From NCBI RefSeq assembly GCF_009914755.1, contig NC_060929.1: DNA of 64,000 nucleotides; one strand, given 5' to 3'. The notes below the pieces were generated by a model, which was given only the letters and a program-made list of their open reading frames with translations, was not told the DNA's origin and did not search any database. A program made the position numbers and the translations under genes. The DNA is from the human T2T-CHM13v2.0 reference genome, Homo sapiens. This document shows positions 60,736 to 64,000 of this stretch, piece after piece. Within the stretch, counting starts at the first letter, position 1. Every line of letters begins with the position of its first letter.

Positions 60736-62377
60736 TCTCTTTCTTTTTTTTTAAAAAAAAAGTCAACTCTTTTAAAATAATAATATATCATTTTGTAACT
60801 AAAAGAAATAACTTACAAGATCCTGATTTATAAGAAATCACAAAACTAACATATTTTCAAAGAAGCAAGCAGCAGGATCGAGTCCAGCATCTCAGACATC
60901 CTAAACATACACTCATAAAGCGGGTAGATAAGAAGATAAGGCATCCCCAATTATAGTAGGAAGGACAAAGAAAGATTTCTAAGGATTCAGGCAGCAATAT
61001 GGAAAAAAACAGGAGACATAAAGCAACATTCTCCTTAGTATCTTTACAATCAATAGTGCTAAATTTTTACTCCATATTTGGAGAGTTTGTATAATATTAT
61101 TACAGCATCTAAATTGTTCAAAATTAATAACCATATGCAAATTCCAGCTACTGGCACCATGACAAGCCAAAATATAAACAACTTCAAAAGCAGAAAATAA
61201 ATACTTCCTTTTTGAAACCAAAATACAGTCACGTATTCAATTACATTAGTCAATTTGATAGAGTATCAACAAAAAACCTATAGCTAACATTATATTTAAT
61301 GGCAAAAGACTAAATGTTTTATTCTTAAAATTGGAAACAAAAAAGATTTGTACTTTTACCACACTTATTCAACATAGTGGTAGAAGTTCTAGCCAGTAAA
61401 ATAAGATAACAAAAGGAAATCAAAAACATACAAATCAGAAACATAGAATTAAAACTGTACTTATTTGCAGATGATCAGGTTGTGTACATAGGATATCCCA
61501 AAGAATCTACCAAGGAAAAAAATAAAATCCTGAAACAAATTGAGTACAGCAAGAAATGTAGGATACAAGATAAACTTATTATAAGAAACATCAATTCTAT
61601 TTCCATATACTAGCAATAAAACACACTGAATTTTAAAATATAATATTTACAATCAATTAAAAAATGAAATACTTAGACACAAAATTAATGAAATGTATAA
61701 AGACTTGTATAACAAGAACTACAAAATCCTGGTGAAAAAAAATAAAAGACATAAAGAAATGTAAAGACATACCGTGTTCATGGATACAAAGCTCTAACAA
61801 AATAAACATGTCAATTCTCTGTAAATGGGTAAGTTAATGAAGCTCCTATTGAAATCTCAGCAAGATTTTTGGTAGATATAGATGATTATTTTAAAAATTT
61901 ATATGGAAAGAAAAAGGAACTAGAATAAAGCAATTATGAAAAAGTAAAACAAAGTGAGAGAAATTAGTCAATCCAATTTCAAGACTTGTAACTACAGCAA
62001 TCAAAACTATGTGGTACTGGTAGAATGACAGACATATAGATCAATAGAATATAATTAAAAATTCAGAAGCAGACACACATACATATGCCCAACTAATTTC
62101 TGACAAAGCTATAAGAGCAATTCAATGAAGGAAAGATGGCCTTTTCAATTCACAGTGCTGGAGCAACTGGACAGCCATAAACAAAAAAAATGAACCTCAG
62201 CCTAAGTCTCTCACCATATGCAAAAATTAACTCAAAACAAATTTAAATGTGAAGTAAACTATAAAACTTCTAGAAAAATGTAAAAGAAAATCTTTAGGAT
62301 CTAGGAGTAGGCAGGTTTCACCAAAATCATGATCCATTAAAAACAACTGATACATTAGACTGCATTAGAATTAAAAA

Positions 62378-63660
<1,283 letters not shown>

Positions 63661-64000
63661 TATTTGCAAACCACCTATCTGAAAAAGAACTAGTATCTAT
63701 AATACATAAAGAACTCTTAAATTTAACAGTAAAAACCCAAACAATTCCATTAGAAAACAGCCAAAAGACATTGAGAGAGCTCACTGAATAGGATACACAG
63801 GTGTTGAGTAAGCACATGAAAAGATGTCTCCATCATTAGCCATTAGTGAAATTCAAATTCAAACCATAATGAAATATCACTACACATTCGTCAAAATGAC
63901 TGAAAAAAACATAGTGACAACATCAAATGATGCTGAGGATGTAGCCAAGCTGGATAACCCATACACTGCTGGTGGGAATGTAAAATGGTACAGACACTCT

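Overview
Hominoid (human or great-ape) intronic DNA, AT-rich and dominated by transposable elements. The only host coding sequence is two in-frame minus-strand exons of FAM172A/ARB2A (22505-22570, 66 nt; 16823-17014, 192 nt). They are separated by a 5.5 kb intron and flanked by introns running off both window ends. The rest is a layered TE record: about 17 Alu/FLAM copies, a near-full-length old L1P with nested Alus and a THE1/MST LTR, a rearranged L1MA, a 5'-truncated L1PA inside an Alu monomer, L1MB/MC/ME, L2, MIR, MLT1, Tigger2, Tigger3a, MER82, a Charlie-type element, a full-length SVA and a decayed tRNA-Asp retrocopy. I see no new biological system. The most unusual structure is a multi-junction rearrangement at about 6950-10370. 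It comprises a perfect 28-bp hairpin enclosing the inverted 5' end of an Alu, a ~360-bp inverted duplication that copies that junction, and an inverted L1 ORF2 segment, all joined at microhomologies. Several smaller quasi-palindromic scars and two very closely spaced inverted Alu pairs also stand out. Repeat subfamily calls come from remembered consensus sequences and manual alignment, not from a search.
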